Positions 9,045 to 17,142 of a DNA stretch of 64,000 bases are shown one piece after another; position 1 is the stretch's first letter, and each line of letters starts with the position of its first letter. The notes beneath the pieces were generated by a model. It had not been told where the DNA came from, did not search any database, and worked only from the letters and a program-made list of their open reading frames with translations. The stretch lies in IMG/VR virus record IMGVR_UViG_3300025674_000014, one strand, 5' to 3'. Source of the DNA: a virus. Lineage: Duplodnaviria; Caudoviricetes. The position numbers were made by a program, and so were the translations under genes.

Positions 9045-9835
9045 GTGTTGCTGTATAGGTAGAGAAGTTTACTATCTATCTTTTCTACAAAGTTACATAA
9101 ATTGTTATTCTGTTTATAATATGGGTTAGTTTCTCTTTCAGCACTCTCATGATTAATATGAAACAGAGGCTTAAAGTCTCCCGTAAGTCTACATACCGTA
9201 TAACCCATTTTATTAAAACGAGCTAAAGTTTCGTTATCCTCATATCCCCAACCTAAGAAGTTAGGGTTAAAACCATTACAGTTAAAAATATTTCTTTTCT
9301 TAGTGACAAACCCACCACCAGGTGTACTTGTATGTCCTATATGAATTTTATCGTTTTGAAAATTAATTTGATTGTAATGATTAGGGTCTATTTGATCGCA
9401 AAGATAACCGTAATCTAAATTATCGATAAATTTATCTCTTACCCCTTCTTTTACACAAACAAAATGACCGTCGTTAGGTAAAATAATTTTCTTATTATCT
9501 TTAGTTAAAATATCTAAAGTTTCATTTATATGTTCAGGTCCAAAAATTACATCTACGTCATTAAAGATAAGATTTTCATAAAATGAATCTTTAACCCCTT
9601 CATTATAACCTTTCATTTTATTCCATGTATCTTGTAGATCAGGAAGTACTATATGTTTAAGGTTTTCATAAGAAGAGAAGTCTATATTACTTTCTAAATG
9701 TTTTTGTTCAGAAACTATAAACTCGAAATTTTCGTAATGTTTGTAGTAAAAGTTTAAAAGAGTTTTTAAATTTAACTCCCTATCTTCACTATCTTTACGA
9801 TAGAATACAATTACAGATGCATTTAAGTTAGTCAT
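9032..9835 (-). CDS. GT2/GT7-C glycosyltransferase (paralogue of 6632..7459)
   Basis: DRELNL, WNKM..YN.G, FNDVD, NGFNPNF.GWGYEDNE. Confidence 0.7.
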   Translation of the reverse strand: MTNLNASVIVFYRKDSEDRELNLKTLLNFYYKHYENFEFIVSEQKHLESNIDFSSYENLKHIVLPDLQDTWNKMKGYNEGVKDSFYENLIFNDVDVIFGPEHINETLDILTKDNKKIILPNDGHFVCVKEGVRDKFIDNLDYGYLCDQIDPNHYNQINFQNDKIHIGHTSTPGGGFVTKKRNIFNCNGFNPNFLGWGYEDNETLARFNKMGYTVCRLTGDFKPLFHINHESAERETNPYYKQNNNLCNFVEKIDSKLLYLYSNTWKM

Positions 9836-10053
9836 CAGTCAAACAAATCAGTAAAGAAACCTTTTCTTGGAATATCTTCTTTGTTCTTATCTGCTCTATC
9901 TTTTGCAACTTTTAGTTCTCTTTCAGTAAACAAAAGACAAAATTCATCATTAGATTGATTTTCAACCCAAATAGCAAGATATTCAGGATTAGCACCGAAT
10001 TTTCTTTCCTTGTTATCTACTCTGATAATTTTACCTGCTTTAACTTTGGTCAT
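9835..10053 (-). CDS. hypothetical protein, first gene of glycan operon
   Basis: 72 aa ORF directly after a promoter motif; 1-nt overlap with next gene. Confidence 0.55.
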   Translation of the reverse strand: MTKVKAGKIIRVDNKERKFGANPEYLAIWVENQSNDEFCLLFTERELKVAKDRADKNKEDIPRKGFFTDLFD

Positions 10054-10059
10054 TATTGT

Positions 10060-10087
10060 ATTTTAGATTAAATACTTAAAATGTCCA
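10060..10087 (-). promoter_or_regulatory. early/middle-type promoter for 10053-3075 glycan operon
   Basis: TGGACA-N16-TAAAAT, ATG 6 nt later. Confidence 0.7.
10069..10074 (+). promoter_or_regulatory. gp55-type late promoter
   Basis: TAAATA, ATG 6 nt later. Confidence 0.7.
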
Positions 10088-10986
10088 CAGGAAACGACAA
10101 TTTCATTACGTTAGATAACATAGCGGAAATACAAGATATAGTCAATGGTGATTATATGTTTACTATTTCAAATGGAGTTATCTATAAATTAGATTTTCAA
10201 AATTTTATTATTAGTAAAGAAAATACCGATTTCTTTACGACAATAGATACATTATCTGCCCAGGTTGTAACTAATACCCAATCATTATGTTCTATAAATG
10301 CATATATTAACGATACAGTTAAACCTAATTTTGGTAAATTAGATTCAATTTATAATACTATAAACTCATTAAGTGGTAATTGGGAATCAACATACACTAC
10401 AATTAACTCTTTAAGTGCTCAAGCATTCTTACCTATAAGTACCGATTCTAATAATATACAAGCAGGTAGTATGGTATATTATGATGGTAGTAATTCAAGT
10501 TTTGTTACATTAGCGCCTGGTGGGATAGGAGAAATTTTAAATATACAAAGTAATGGTTTACCAGGGTTCTTAGATGTAGCAGAATCAAATATAGGGGCTA
10601 CTGTATTAACTACAGGTAGACATGAAATAACTCCAAATTTTAACGCCGGTGGAGAATATAATGTTACAGAAACATTTACCGTATTTTCATCTGATTCGAA
10701 ATCATATAAAAATGTAAGAATAGCAACTAACGTAAATACAGTAGAAGATGTATTTAGAAGTCAAATAGCAGGTAGAAGTGAAAAAAGAATAAGAACACAA
10801 GAAGTTACTTTAAGTGTTAATGGGACAAATATACCAACAACGAATGGTGTTGGGGTAATAGAATTATTAAACCCAAGTGAATCTATATTTATTACTTTTA
10901 AAAGTAGAGGTATAAGATCTAACTACAAATCTCTTCAATTTAATTTAAATTACAGTATTACTGGATTTGAACAAGTAAATAGTTAA
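10081..10986 (+). CDS. putative virion structural protein (fibre/collar-like)
   Basis: Late TAAATA promoter; repeated T(I/L)(D/N)(T/S)LS(A/G) and NWESTYTT motifs; S/T/N-rich. Confidence 0.45.
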   Translation: MSTGNDNFITLDNIAEIQDIVNGDYMFTISNGVIYKLDFQNFIISKENTDFFTTIDTLSAQVVTNTQSLCSINAYINDTVKPNFGKLDSIYNTINSLSGNWESTYTTINSLSAQAFLPISTDSNNIQAGSMVYYDGSNSSFVTLAPGGIGEILNIQSNGLPGFLDVAESNIGATVLTTGRHEITPNFNAGGEYNVTETFTVFSSDSKSYKNVRIATNVNTVEDVFRSQIAGRSEKRIRTQEVTLSVNGTNIPTTNGVGVIELLNPSESIFITFKSRGIRSNYKSLQFNLNYSITGFEQVNS

Positions 10987-11735
10987 CGTCTATTCTTAGT
11001 GTTTTGAATTTGGCGCATCAGTTCTTCTGCTTGCGCCTTTTCTTTGTTCATTTCACGTTGTTGATCGCGAAGAATTTGTTCCATATCAAGAACTTCTTCA
11101 CCTAAAATAGAGCTGCTATTTTCACCTAACAGGTCGCCTTCAGCATCAATGTATTGTCTCATCATATGTAAACGCTGTTCACGGTTACCGAATACTTCTA
11201 CAATAGCAGGACACTCTTCATTAGGTAGAAAAGGTGAAGCTTTTTGTCCTTCTAAATATTGTCGTTCAATACCTTTGAAAATATTATCAATTTCAGTGAT
11301 AAACTCTTCATCAGTATCTCTTAAATCATCTTCAACAATTTTTATTGGAGCAGCTTTAGTAATAGGTATGAAAAATATTACATCTAAAAATCTTAAACTC
11401 TCTCTTACTACAGGTATGCATTTCTTTATAAAATCTCTATCAAGGTCGCTATTATCTTTTTCATGAGCCCAAAGAGAATATACCATGTTATCAAGAGGGC
11501 AGCGATCAAAAATAACTTTATCACCCTTTGAATATTGTTGAAGCGTATCGACCATAAAATTAAGGATGTCCCACTGCGTATCCTTCGTTGTCTCTTTGCT
11601 GTGTGGTAAGTTGTTTTCTGTAAGGTAGTCACGGTATGTTTTTTCAGGAGTGGTATACATATCCCACTCTTTTAAAAAGTCTTTTATCAATGTCGATTTT
11701 CCTTGACAAGCTGTTCCTGAAATTGCTATACGCAT
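10983..11735 (-). CDS. P-loop nucleotide kinase (AAA_28/dNMP kinase-like)
   Basis: MRIAISGTACQGKSTL Walker A; IFDRCPLD; downstream of thyX and dNTP diphosphohydrolase. Confidence 0.65.
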   Translation of the reverse strand: MRIAISGTACQGKSTLIKDFLKEWDMYTTPEKTYRDYLTENNLPHSKETTKDTQWDILNFMVDTLQQYSKGDKVIFDRCPLDNMVYSLWAHEKDNSDLDRDFIKKCIPVVRESLRFLDVIFFIPITKAAPIKIVEDDLRDTDEEFITEIDNIFKGIERQYLEGQKASPFLPNEECPAIVEVFGNREQRLHMMRQYIDAEGDLLGENSSSILGEEVLDMEQILRDQQREMNKEKAQAEELMRQIQNTKNRR

Positions 11736-11750
11736 AATAACATTTATGAA

Positions 11751-12086
11751 TTATCTAGGAAACTCAATCCGGTCATCTAAATCTTCTCTCTTACCTTCAA
11801 ACTGCATCATTGACATAATATTCCAAGCTGCAGCTGCAAGATGGTCTTCACTAGTATCGCCAGCCCAGAACTGCATCATATGTCTTTGAGCACTATCATA
11901 CAATACTGAGAAAGGTTGACCCTTTAGCCAATTATTCTCTCCATAAGTTTCAGCACCGTCTAGATATCTTTTCATGACTCTATTCATTGCTGTGTGAGGC
12001 ATTAAGCTCATTCGAAGTTTACCCTTACGATCATCACGTTGGGCTCCTGTTGAAAACTGCGTATTGTTATCTGATTGTTTGTTCAT
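11751..12086 (-). CDS. dATP/dGTP diphosphohydrolase (DUF5664-like)
   Basis: GA.RD...GK....LMP..A...V....G...YG.NNW.KG.....S..RH......HLAAAAWN; likely start 12086 (ATGA overlap with thyX). Confidence 0.75.
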   Translation of the reverse strand: MNKQSDNNTQFSTGAQRDDRKGKLRMSLMPHTAMNRVMKRYLDGAETYGENNWLKGQPFSVLYDSAQRHMMQFWAGDTSEDHLAAAAWNIMSMMQFEGKREDLDDRIEFPR

Positions 12087-12760
12087 TTCCATTCAAGGGC
12101 TTCTGCTACAGTTGGAAACTGCTCATTGAATATATTTTTAATACTCTCCGCAATAAGTCGATGTTCTTTTTGAGTATCTTCTTTTGTTCTTAGATCAATA
12201 TAATGAACCCAAGATCTTACTGAACCTTTCATATAAAGACATGATTGAGTTGCAAGAGGTAGAACTAAACGAGCCTGCTCTCTTGCAACTCCTTCTTTTA
12301 TCAACTTCTCATACGTTTGTACAGCGTGATCAATTGCATATTGAACGACATTATTGATTACTGGTTCGTCAATTACTTGCTCACTACTTTGTCTGTTGGT
12401 CTCCGCTTGTTTCCTCAGTTCGATAGGTTCAATTTCAGTAACTGAGCTATAACGTTGAGAGAACTCTTGGAAGGAAAAACTACGATGTCTAAGAATTTGA
12501 GCTGCTATTGCTCTACTTGTCTTAATCTCAACACACATATCTACCATTTCAAATGGACTCCAATGTTTATGCTTGATAAGATATTTTAACAAACGAGGAG
12601 CAGTCTCCATATTCATTTGATTAGATGGATTGGAAACTCTAGCACAATAAGCAATTAGCTCTTCTGAATTTAAAGATCTCCTACTCCAACGTTCAGATTT
12701 GTTTTGGTTATCTTCAGTAAAAATTTTAGGATCAGTAACAGAAATAAGATTAACTTCCAT
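12083..12760 (-). CDS. thyX: FAD-dependent thymidylate synthase
   Basis: HWSPFE, RHRSFSFQEFSQRY, REQAR.VLP, TQ.EH. Confidence 0.95.
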   Translation of the reverse strand: MEVNLISVTDPKIFTEDNQNKSERWSRRSLNSEELIAYCARVSNPSNQMNMETAPRLLKYLIKHKHWSPFEMVDMCVEIKTSRAIAAQILRHRSFSFQEFSQRYSSVTEIEPIELRKQAETNRQSSEQVIDEPVINNVVQYAIDHAVQTYEKLIKEGVAREQARLVLPLATQSCLYMKGSVRSWVHYIDLRTKEDTQKEHRLIAESIKNIFNEQFPTVAEALEWK

Positions 12761-12767
12761 ATTTTCT

Positions 12768-12795
12768 ATTATATGGAAGTATCTTTTAAATTCAA
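12768..12795 (-). promoter_or_regulatory. early/middle-type promoter for thyX
   Basis: TTGAAT-N16-TATAAT, ATG 7 nt later. Confidence 0.8.
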
Positions 12796-13923
12796 TTATT
12801 GTTTTGGAAGTAATTTATTTTTTAGTAAATAGTCGATAATTAATGGATTACCTACGCTGTTAAAAGCATCATTATATGCTTTATCGGGTGGTACCCCTTG
12901 TCTAAATTTATCAACAAAAATATCTAATATAATATTTGCCAGGTGAGCAGCAGTTGTAATAGGTTTTCTTCTTTTTAGAATATCACTATATTTTGGTATA
13001 CCGGCTGCTTCTTGCTCTCTTGTACTTGAAAGCCCTGTAAAATGACCAGTTTTAGGGTCAATAGATACAGATTGACCGAAAAGATTAGCAACTTGCTGAT
13101 TTAAATTAGTATCTTTATCTCTTGGATATATATAAGTGTTTCTATAGTTTTGTATAGCTCTTTGTTGTTCAATACCAGTTTTTTTATCATATATATCAAG
13201 TTTACCACCAGTACCTTTTATAAACTTACTAGCTGCAGCATAAGGGTTACCTGCTCCTGATCTAGCCCAGTTTTCTGCATTTCTAGCTGCAGTAGCAGCT
13301 TTTCCTAATAAACCTTGTTTACTAAATGGGTCTACAGCTTTAGCGCCATATTCTAATGCTTTACCTAAACCTTTAAAACCTTTTTTGACGAAATTTTTAA
13401 AAGTTGATGGTTGATTAACATTAGGTGTAGGTTGTTGCTGTTGTTGAACAGGTTGAACAGGTTGAGGAGCGGGTGCTGGTTGTGGTGCTGGTTGAGGTTG
13501 TGATGCTGGTGCTGGTGCTGGTGCTGGTAATTGGTTAGGATCTACTACTTCACCTTGTGTTAATTTTTTTCTTTCCGGATTTTCACCTGTACTTCTACCT
13601 GCGGGTTTTGCTCCATATAATGGATCTCCTGAATCAGGATCGGAATATGTAAACTTTACGCTTGGGTCCTGAGGTAAATCATCTTGTATATCGTCGCTTG
13701 AAAAAGATCTAGAATAAGTTTTAGAATCATTATCTTTATCTTCTATCTTTTGAAGTCTATTCCTAGGTTCAATTTCATTATTTTTTTTAAGTGAATTTTT
13801 ATCCTTATCCTTAAATTCGTCATCATCTTCTTTAGTAGGGCCAATATACTTTATTTCACTTAAAGTAACATATTTCTCAAATAAATTGTGAGAGTCTTTA
13901 TCCACGTAAATATTTAATCTCAA
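12796..13923 (-). CDS. hypothetical late protein with acidic region and Pro/Gln-rich linker
   Basis: Last gene of TAAATA-led operon; LFE/LSE propeptide-like N-terminus. Confidence 0.55.
   Translation of the reverse strand: MRLNIYVDKDSHNLFEKYVTLSEIKYIGPTKEDDDEFKDKDKNSLKKNNEIEPRNRLQKIEDKDNDSKTYSRSFSSDDIQDDLPQDPSVKFTYSDPDSGDPLYGAKPAGRSTGENPERKKLTQGEVVDPNQLPAPAPAPASQPQPAPQPAPAPQPVQPVQQQQQPTPNVNQPSTFKNFVKKGFKGLGKALEYGAKAVDPFSKQGLLGKAATAARNAENWARSGAGNPYAAASKFIKGTGGKLDIYDKKTGIEQQRAIQNYRNTYIYPRDKDTNLNQQVANLFGQSVSIDPKTGHFTGLSSTREQEAAGIPKYSDILKRRKPITTAAHLANIILDIFVDKFRQGVPPDKAYNDAFNSVGNPLIIDYLLKNKLLPKQ
13431..13528. repeat. coding low-complexity microrepeat (GCTGGT tandem; PA/PQ linker)
   Basis: gctggt x4 at 13505-13528 plus ggttga/gttgaaca variants. 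Confidence 0.7.
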
Positions 13924-14555
13924 TCACTGATAAAAATAGTATTACAATGATTCCAGTGAACAATCTTAAAGAAGTTATTAATCCATTCTCCTCTTTCTGG
14001 ACCGTTCATAAGATAATAAGCATGTTCCCATACATCGCAACCTAGTATAGGTTTACCAGCATTACTCATAAGGGGATTATCTTGATTAGGAGTATGTACT
14101 ACTTCCAACCTATTATCTTTTTTAACCAACCATACCCACCCTGATCCAAACTGGGACTTGCCAGATTCAACGAACTCGTTCCTAAAGTTATTGAAGGAAC
14201 CGAAAGTGCTTTTAATTGCTTTACCGAGCTCGGATTTACCTTCAAATGGAGTCCCTCCTGGATGCATGTATTTCCAGAAGAGTGAGTGATTGTAGTAACC
14301 ACCAGCATTGTCTCTAACTTTATCATCGTATTTCTTAATATTCTTAATTAACTCAACAATAGGTGGTTTTGGTTTATTACCTAAAGCTTCATTTAATTTT
14401 TTGATGTAACCCTTATAATGAACATTATAATGAAAGTTCATCGTTTGTCTATTAATTACTGGTGCTAAGTCCTTTAATCCATAGGAAAGTTTTTCAGCAT
14501 AGTATTTTGCTGTATTAGCTTCTAATAATTGATATACTTTAGACTCGTAACTCAT
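13920..14555 (-). CDS. sodA: Fe/Mn superoxide dismutase, Mn-type signature, with N-terminal extension
   Basis: HYNVHY, NAGGYYNHSLFW, FGSGWVWL, PNQD, DVWEHAYY. Confidence 0.92.
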   Translation of the reverse strand: MSYESKVYQLLEANTAKYYAEKLSYGLKDLAPVINRQTMNFHYNVHYKGYIKKLNEALGNKPKPPIVELIKNIKKYDDKVRDNAGGYYNHSLFWKYMHPGGTPFEGKSELGKAIKSTFGSFNNFRNEFVESGKSQFGSGWVWLVKKDNRLEVVHTPNQDNPLMSNAGKPILGCDVWEHAYYLMNGPERGEWINNFFKIVHWNHCNTIFISD

Positions 14556-15172
14556 TTCTTCTTACCACCCTTCATATTAGCACACCAATGGTACATCTTT
14601 CCTTTTTCACCACCGGCTTTTTTAGCTTTTGCTCTTAATGAAGTAACAGAGCCTTTACAACTAGCTCCTGATCTTTTTACTCTACCGGGTCTGCTTTTAC
14701 CTTTAACTTTACCATCGGCGTAATTTTCATGAACACTACCTTCTACTTTTTTAAGCTTAGAGTAATATTTTGGATCTTCAGCTAGGTGTTGTAAAGCAAT
14801 AGTTTTAGCTGCTTTATCACTTGTAGTGTGTTCCTTTTCAACTTTTATACCCATGGCTAATTCTTTAGGATCAGCTTTAATATGTGGTCTTGGTTTAAGT
14901 TGTTCGTTTATTTTTTTAAGCTGAATTTCAGTCTTATCTAAAACATCACCCTTTTTATATGTAGGACCATCATTTAAGACTTTATAACGTATAAATTTAC
15001 CAATTGTGTTATTAGGTTCTTTTAATTTAAAGACTTTTAATACTTTACCTTTACTACCGTAATGATCACATTCTTTGTTTGTGTTTAAACAAAGATCACC
15101 AGGACGAAGTTCATTAGCGTCTAAATCAGTCTTTTCTAAGATTTTATTAATCTTATCATTAAAGAGGCTCAT
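14552..15172 (-). CDS. basic modular head protein (contains DUF5661-like module)
   Basis: MGIKVEKEHT...IALQHL.EDPKYYSKL; K/R-rich C-terminal module with HWC. Confidence 0.6.
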   Translation of the reverse strand: MSLFNDKINKILEKTDLDANELRPGDLCLNTNKECDHYGSKGKVLKVFKLKEPNNTIGKFIRYKVLNDGPTYKKGDVLDKTEIQLKKINEQLKPRPHIKADPKELAMGIKVEKEHTTSDKAAKTIALQHLAEDPKYYSKLKKVEGSVHENYADGKVKGKSRPGRVKRSGASCKGSVTSLRAKAKKAGGEKGKMYHWCANMKGGKKK

Positions 15173-15177
15173 GCATA

Positions 15178-15183
15178 TATTTA
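15178..15183 (-). promoter_or_regulatory. gp55-type late promoter (15172-sodA-12796 operon)
   Basis: TAAATA, ATG 5 nt later. Confidence 0.7.
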
Positions 15184-16158
15184 TGCAATTTTGTTAACCC
15201 AATACTGAAGTAAGTCTTCCATAGTTTGGTCTAAATTATATTTCGGAGCCCAGCCAGTAAGTTCTGTAATTGATTCACTATCACCATGCTGGTAATCAAT
15301 ATCGATAGGACGATAGAACTTATCGTAGATTTTCTTTTCAACGTTATCAAGACCAGAATGTTTAATTAGAAGATCTGTATAATAACCCATCTTATGAGGT
15401 TCTTCACCACATACATTATATACCTGACCATCTGAACCGTCAGCTAACATAAGGAGATAATATGCATTTACACAATCTCTTACATCAATTACAACTCTAA
15501 TTGTTTCTAAGTTACCAACAAGTAAAGTTTTATCCTGATAACCTTTCATCATACGAGCTATTTGAAATGCATCGGATGATATGGAGAACGTTTTACCTCT
15601 TCTAGGTCCAGTATGTGAAAAGGCCCTAGTAATAAAACCTCGGATAGCTTTATTCTCAAATCTCTCTTGTAAGTAAAGATCAGTTGCTACTTTGCTAGCA
15701 CCATACGGGTTAGCTGGAAGGAGCTGATCTGTTGTTTGAATCTTTCTACCATCTCTTCCAACATTACCGTATACTTCAGATGTACTGCAAAACATTAGCT
15801 TAGCTTCAGGGTTGTGAAGTTCAATTGTTTGAATAAGATTTGCTGAACCCATAACATTCTCTTCCATAGTACCAATAGGGTTAACAAAACTTGTAGGAGG
15901 ATGAGATTGAGCAGCTAAATGAAATACACCATCAAATTTATTTGCTTCGAAAACTTTTGAGATGGAAAGATAGTTACGAAGATCACCGTATACAAATTTA
16001 ATTTGCCTAAAGTGTTCGTCTGGTACCACATCAAGGATATCAGTCTCGCGTCCATTAGAGTGTCTAACTAAACCAAAAACTTCATGACCATTTTCAATAA
16101 GAAGGTTAGCTAAGTGAGGTCCAGCAAAACCTGTAATACCAGTAATAAGAAATTTCAT
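15181..16158 (-). CDS. GDP-mannose 4,6-dehydratase / GDP-4-keto-6-deoxymannose reductase (Gmd/Rmd-like SDR)
   Basis: LITGITGFAG, HLAAQSH...SF..P, STSEVYG, NPYGASK, RAFSHTGPR, LLVGNL...R...DVRD.V. Confidence 0.8.
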   Translation of the reverse strand: MKFLITGITGFAGPHLANLLIENGHEVFGLVRHSNGRETDILDVVPDEHFRQIKFVYGDLRNYLSISKVFEANKFDGVFHLAAQSHPPTSFVNPIGTMEENVMGSANLIQTIELHNPEAKLMFCSTSEVYGNVGRDGRKIQTTDQLLPANPYGASKVATDLYLQERFENKAIRGFITRAFSHTGPRRGKTFSISSDAFQIARMMKGYQDKTLLVGNLETIRVVIDVRDCVNAYYLLMLADGSDGQVYNVCGEEPHKMGYYTDLLIKHSGLDNVEKKIYDKFYRPIDIDYQHGDSESITELTGWAPKYNLDQTMEDLLQYWVNKIA

Positions 16159-16231
16159 TAATATATTTTAATGAAAAACTATAATAATCAATTATCTTAA
16201 TCAATTAGAAAATAGGTTAATATATTTGTTG

Positions 16232-17137
16232 TTACGGTTTCCATAATTCTTTATTTATTACTATATTATTCCATATATTATAAAAATATACTCCAAAAAA
16301 TTTAAAAATTTCTCTATCTCTTTCTGTTATTTTAATATTTTGTTTTTTTAAATCATTAATTTCAATACAATGTTTATTTATTTGTGTAATATGAGCGATA
16401 ATACCCCCGAAGAGGCCATAATTTAAAATTTTACAACGCCAAAGTATATAAATTTCTTTCATTAATGAATCAACATTATCTTTTTCTGTAAGACCTTTTG
16501 TTCTTATATTATCAGAGATATGTGTGAATAAATGAAGAGGTAAAAAATTGGTACTTCTTACAGTATCTAATGTTCTTACATTAGGAAATTTTTCTTTTAA
16601 AATATTTAAAGAATAATAATTATCTGAACACAAGAAAATAATTTTATCTTTGTATTCCCTCATATGTTCTTCATAAAATAAAGTAGGTAAAGGACAATTA
16701 TAATCATCAAATTTGTCTGTTTCTCTAATTTGATAAGCTATTTCAGGTCTATCTAAATCATCATAAATTTTTTCACACTGATTACTGAAAGATTTATTAA
16801 ACATATAATTTTTTTTCATTAATGAAAACACTTCATCATCATACCAATCATAATTATATTTTTCATATTTAAACTGATCAGGTAATGAATAAACAAGATC
16901 ATAATCATCTAAATTTATTTCTGGTCTATTAAAATATTTACCATAAACATCCTCAAAAACCCCGTCACCGCAATCAACAGTAAACATAGGATAAAATTTA
17001 CAACCACTTTTTTCAATTTTTTCTTTAAAATAGTTTTGAATAGCAAATTGACCAGTAGTACCTATACCTTTAAACTGTTCAAAATCAGTGGTTCTTTTAG
17101 TTTCTCCAATATCATATATATAAAGTTTTTCCTTCAT
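16232..17137 (-). CDS. hypothetical protein, possibly glycosyltransferase-related
   Basis: Very AT-rich ORF in glycan block; IFLCSDN motif. Confidence 0.4.
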   Translation of the reverse strand: MKEKLYIYDIGETKRTTDFEQFKGIGTTGQFAIQNYFKEKIEKSGCKFYPMFTVDCGDGVFEDVYGKYFNRPEINLDDYDLVYSLPDQFKYEKYNYDWYDDEVFSLMKKNYMFNKSFSNQCEKIYDDLDRPEIAYQIRETDKFDDYNCPLPTLFYEEHMREYKDKIIFLCSDNYYSLNILKEKFPNVRTLDTVRSTNFLPLHLFTHISDNIRTKGLTEKDNVDSLMKEIYILWRCKILNYGLFGGIIAHITQINKHCIEINDLKKQNIKITERDREIFKFFGVYFYNIWNNIVINKELWKP

Positions 17138-17142
17138 TTACA

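Noticed and set aside
11751-12086. Z-genome (2-aminoadenine) system suggested by the dATP/dGTP diphosphohydrolase
   Set aside because: No PurZ/PurA-like gene in the window; the que genes make a guanine modification the simpler reading. It cannot be excluded outside the window.
13431-13528. GCTGGT tandem repeat as a contingency locus
   Set aside because: The in-frame hexamer encodes a Pro/Ala/Gln linker; length change would not shift frame.
16186-16207. AATCAATTA direct repeat upstream of the gmd-like gene
   Set aside because: A 9-bp AT-rich repeat is expected by chance. It may be tandem -35 boxes with 15-nt spacers, but it does not fit the 16-nt rule.
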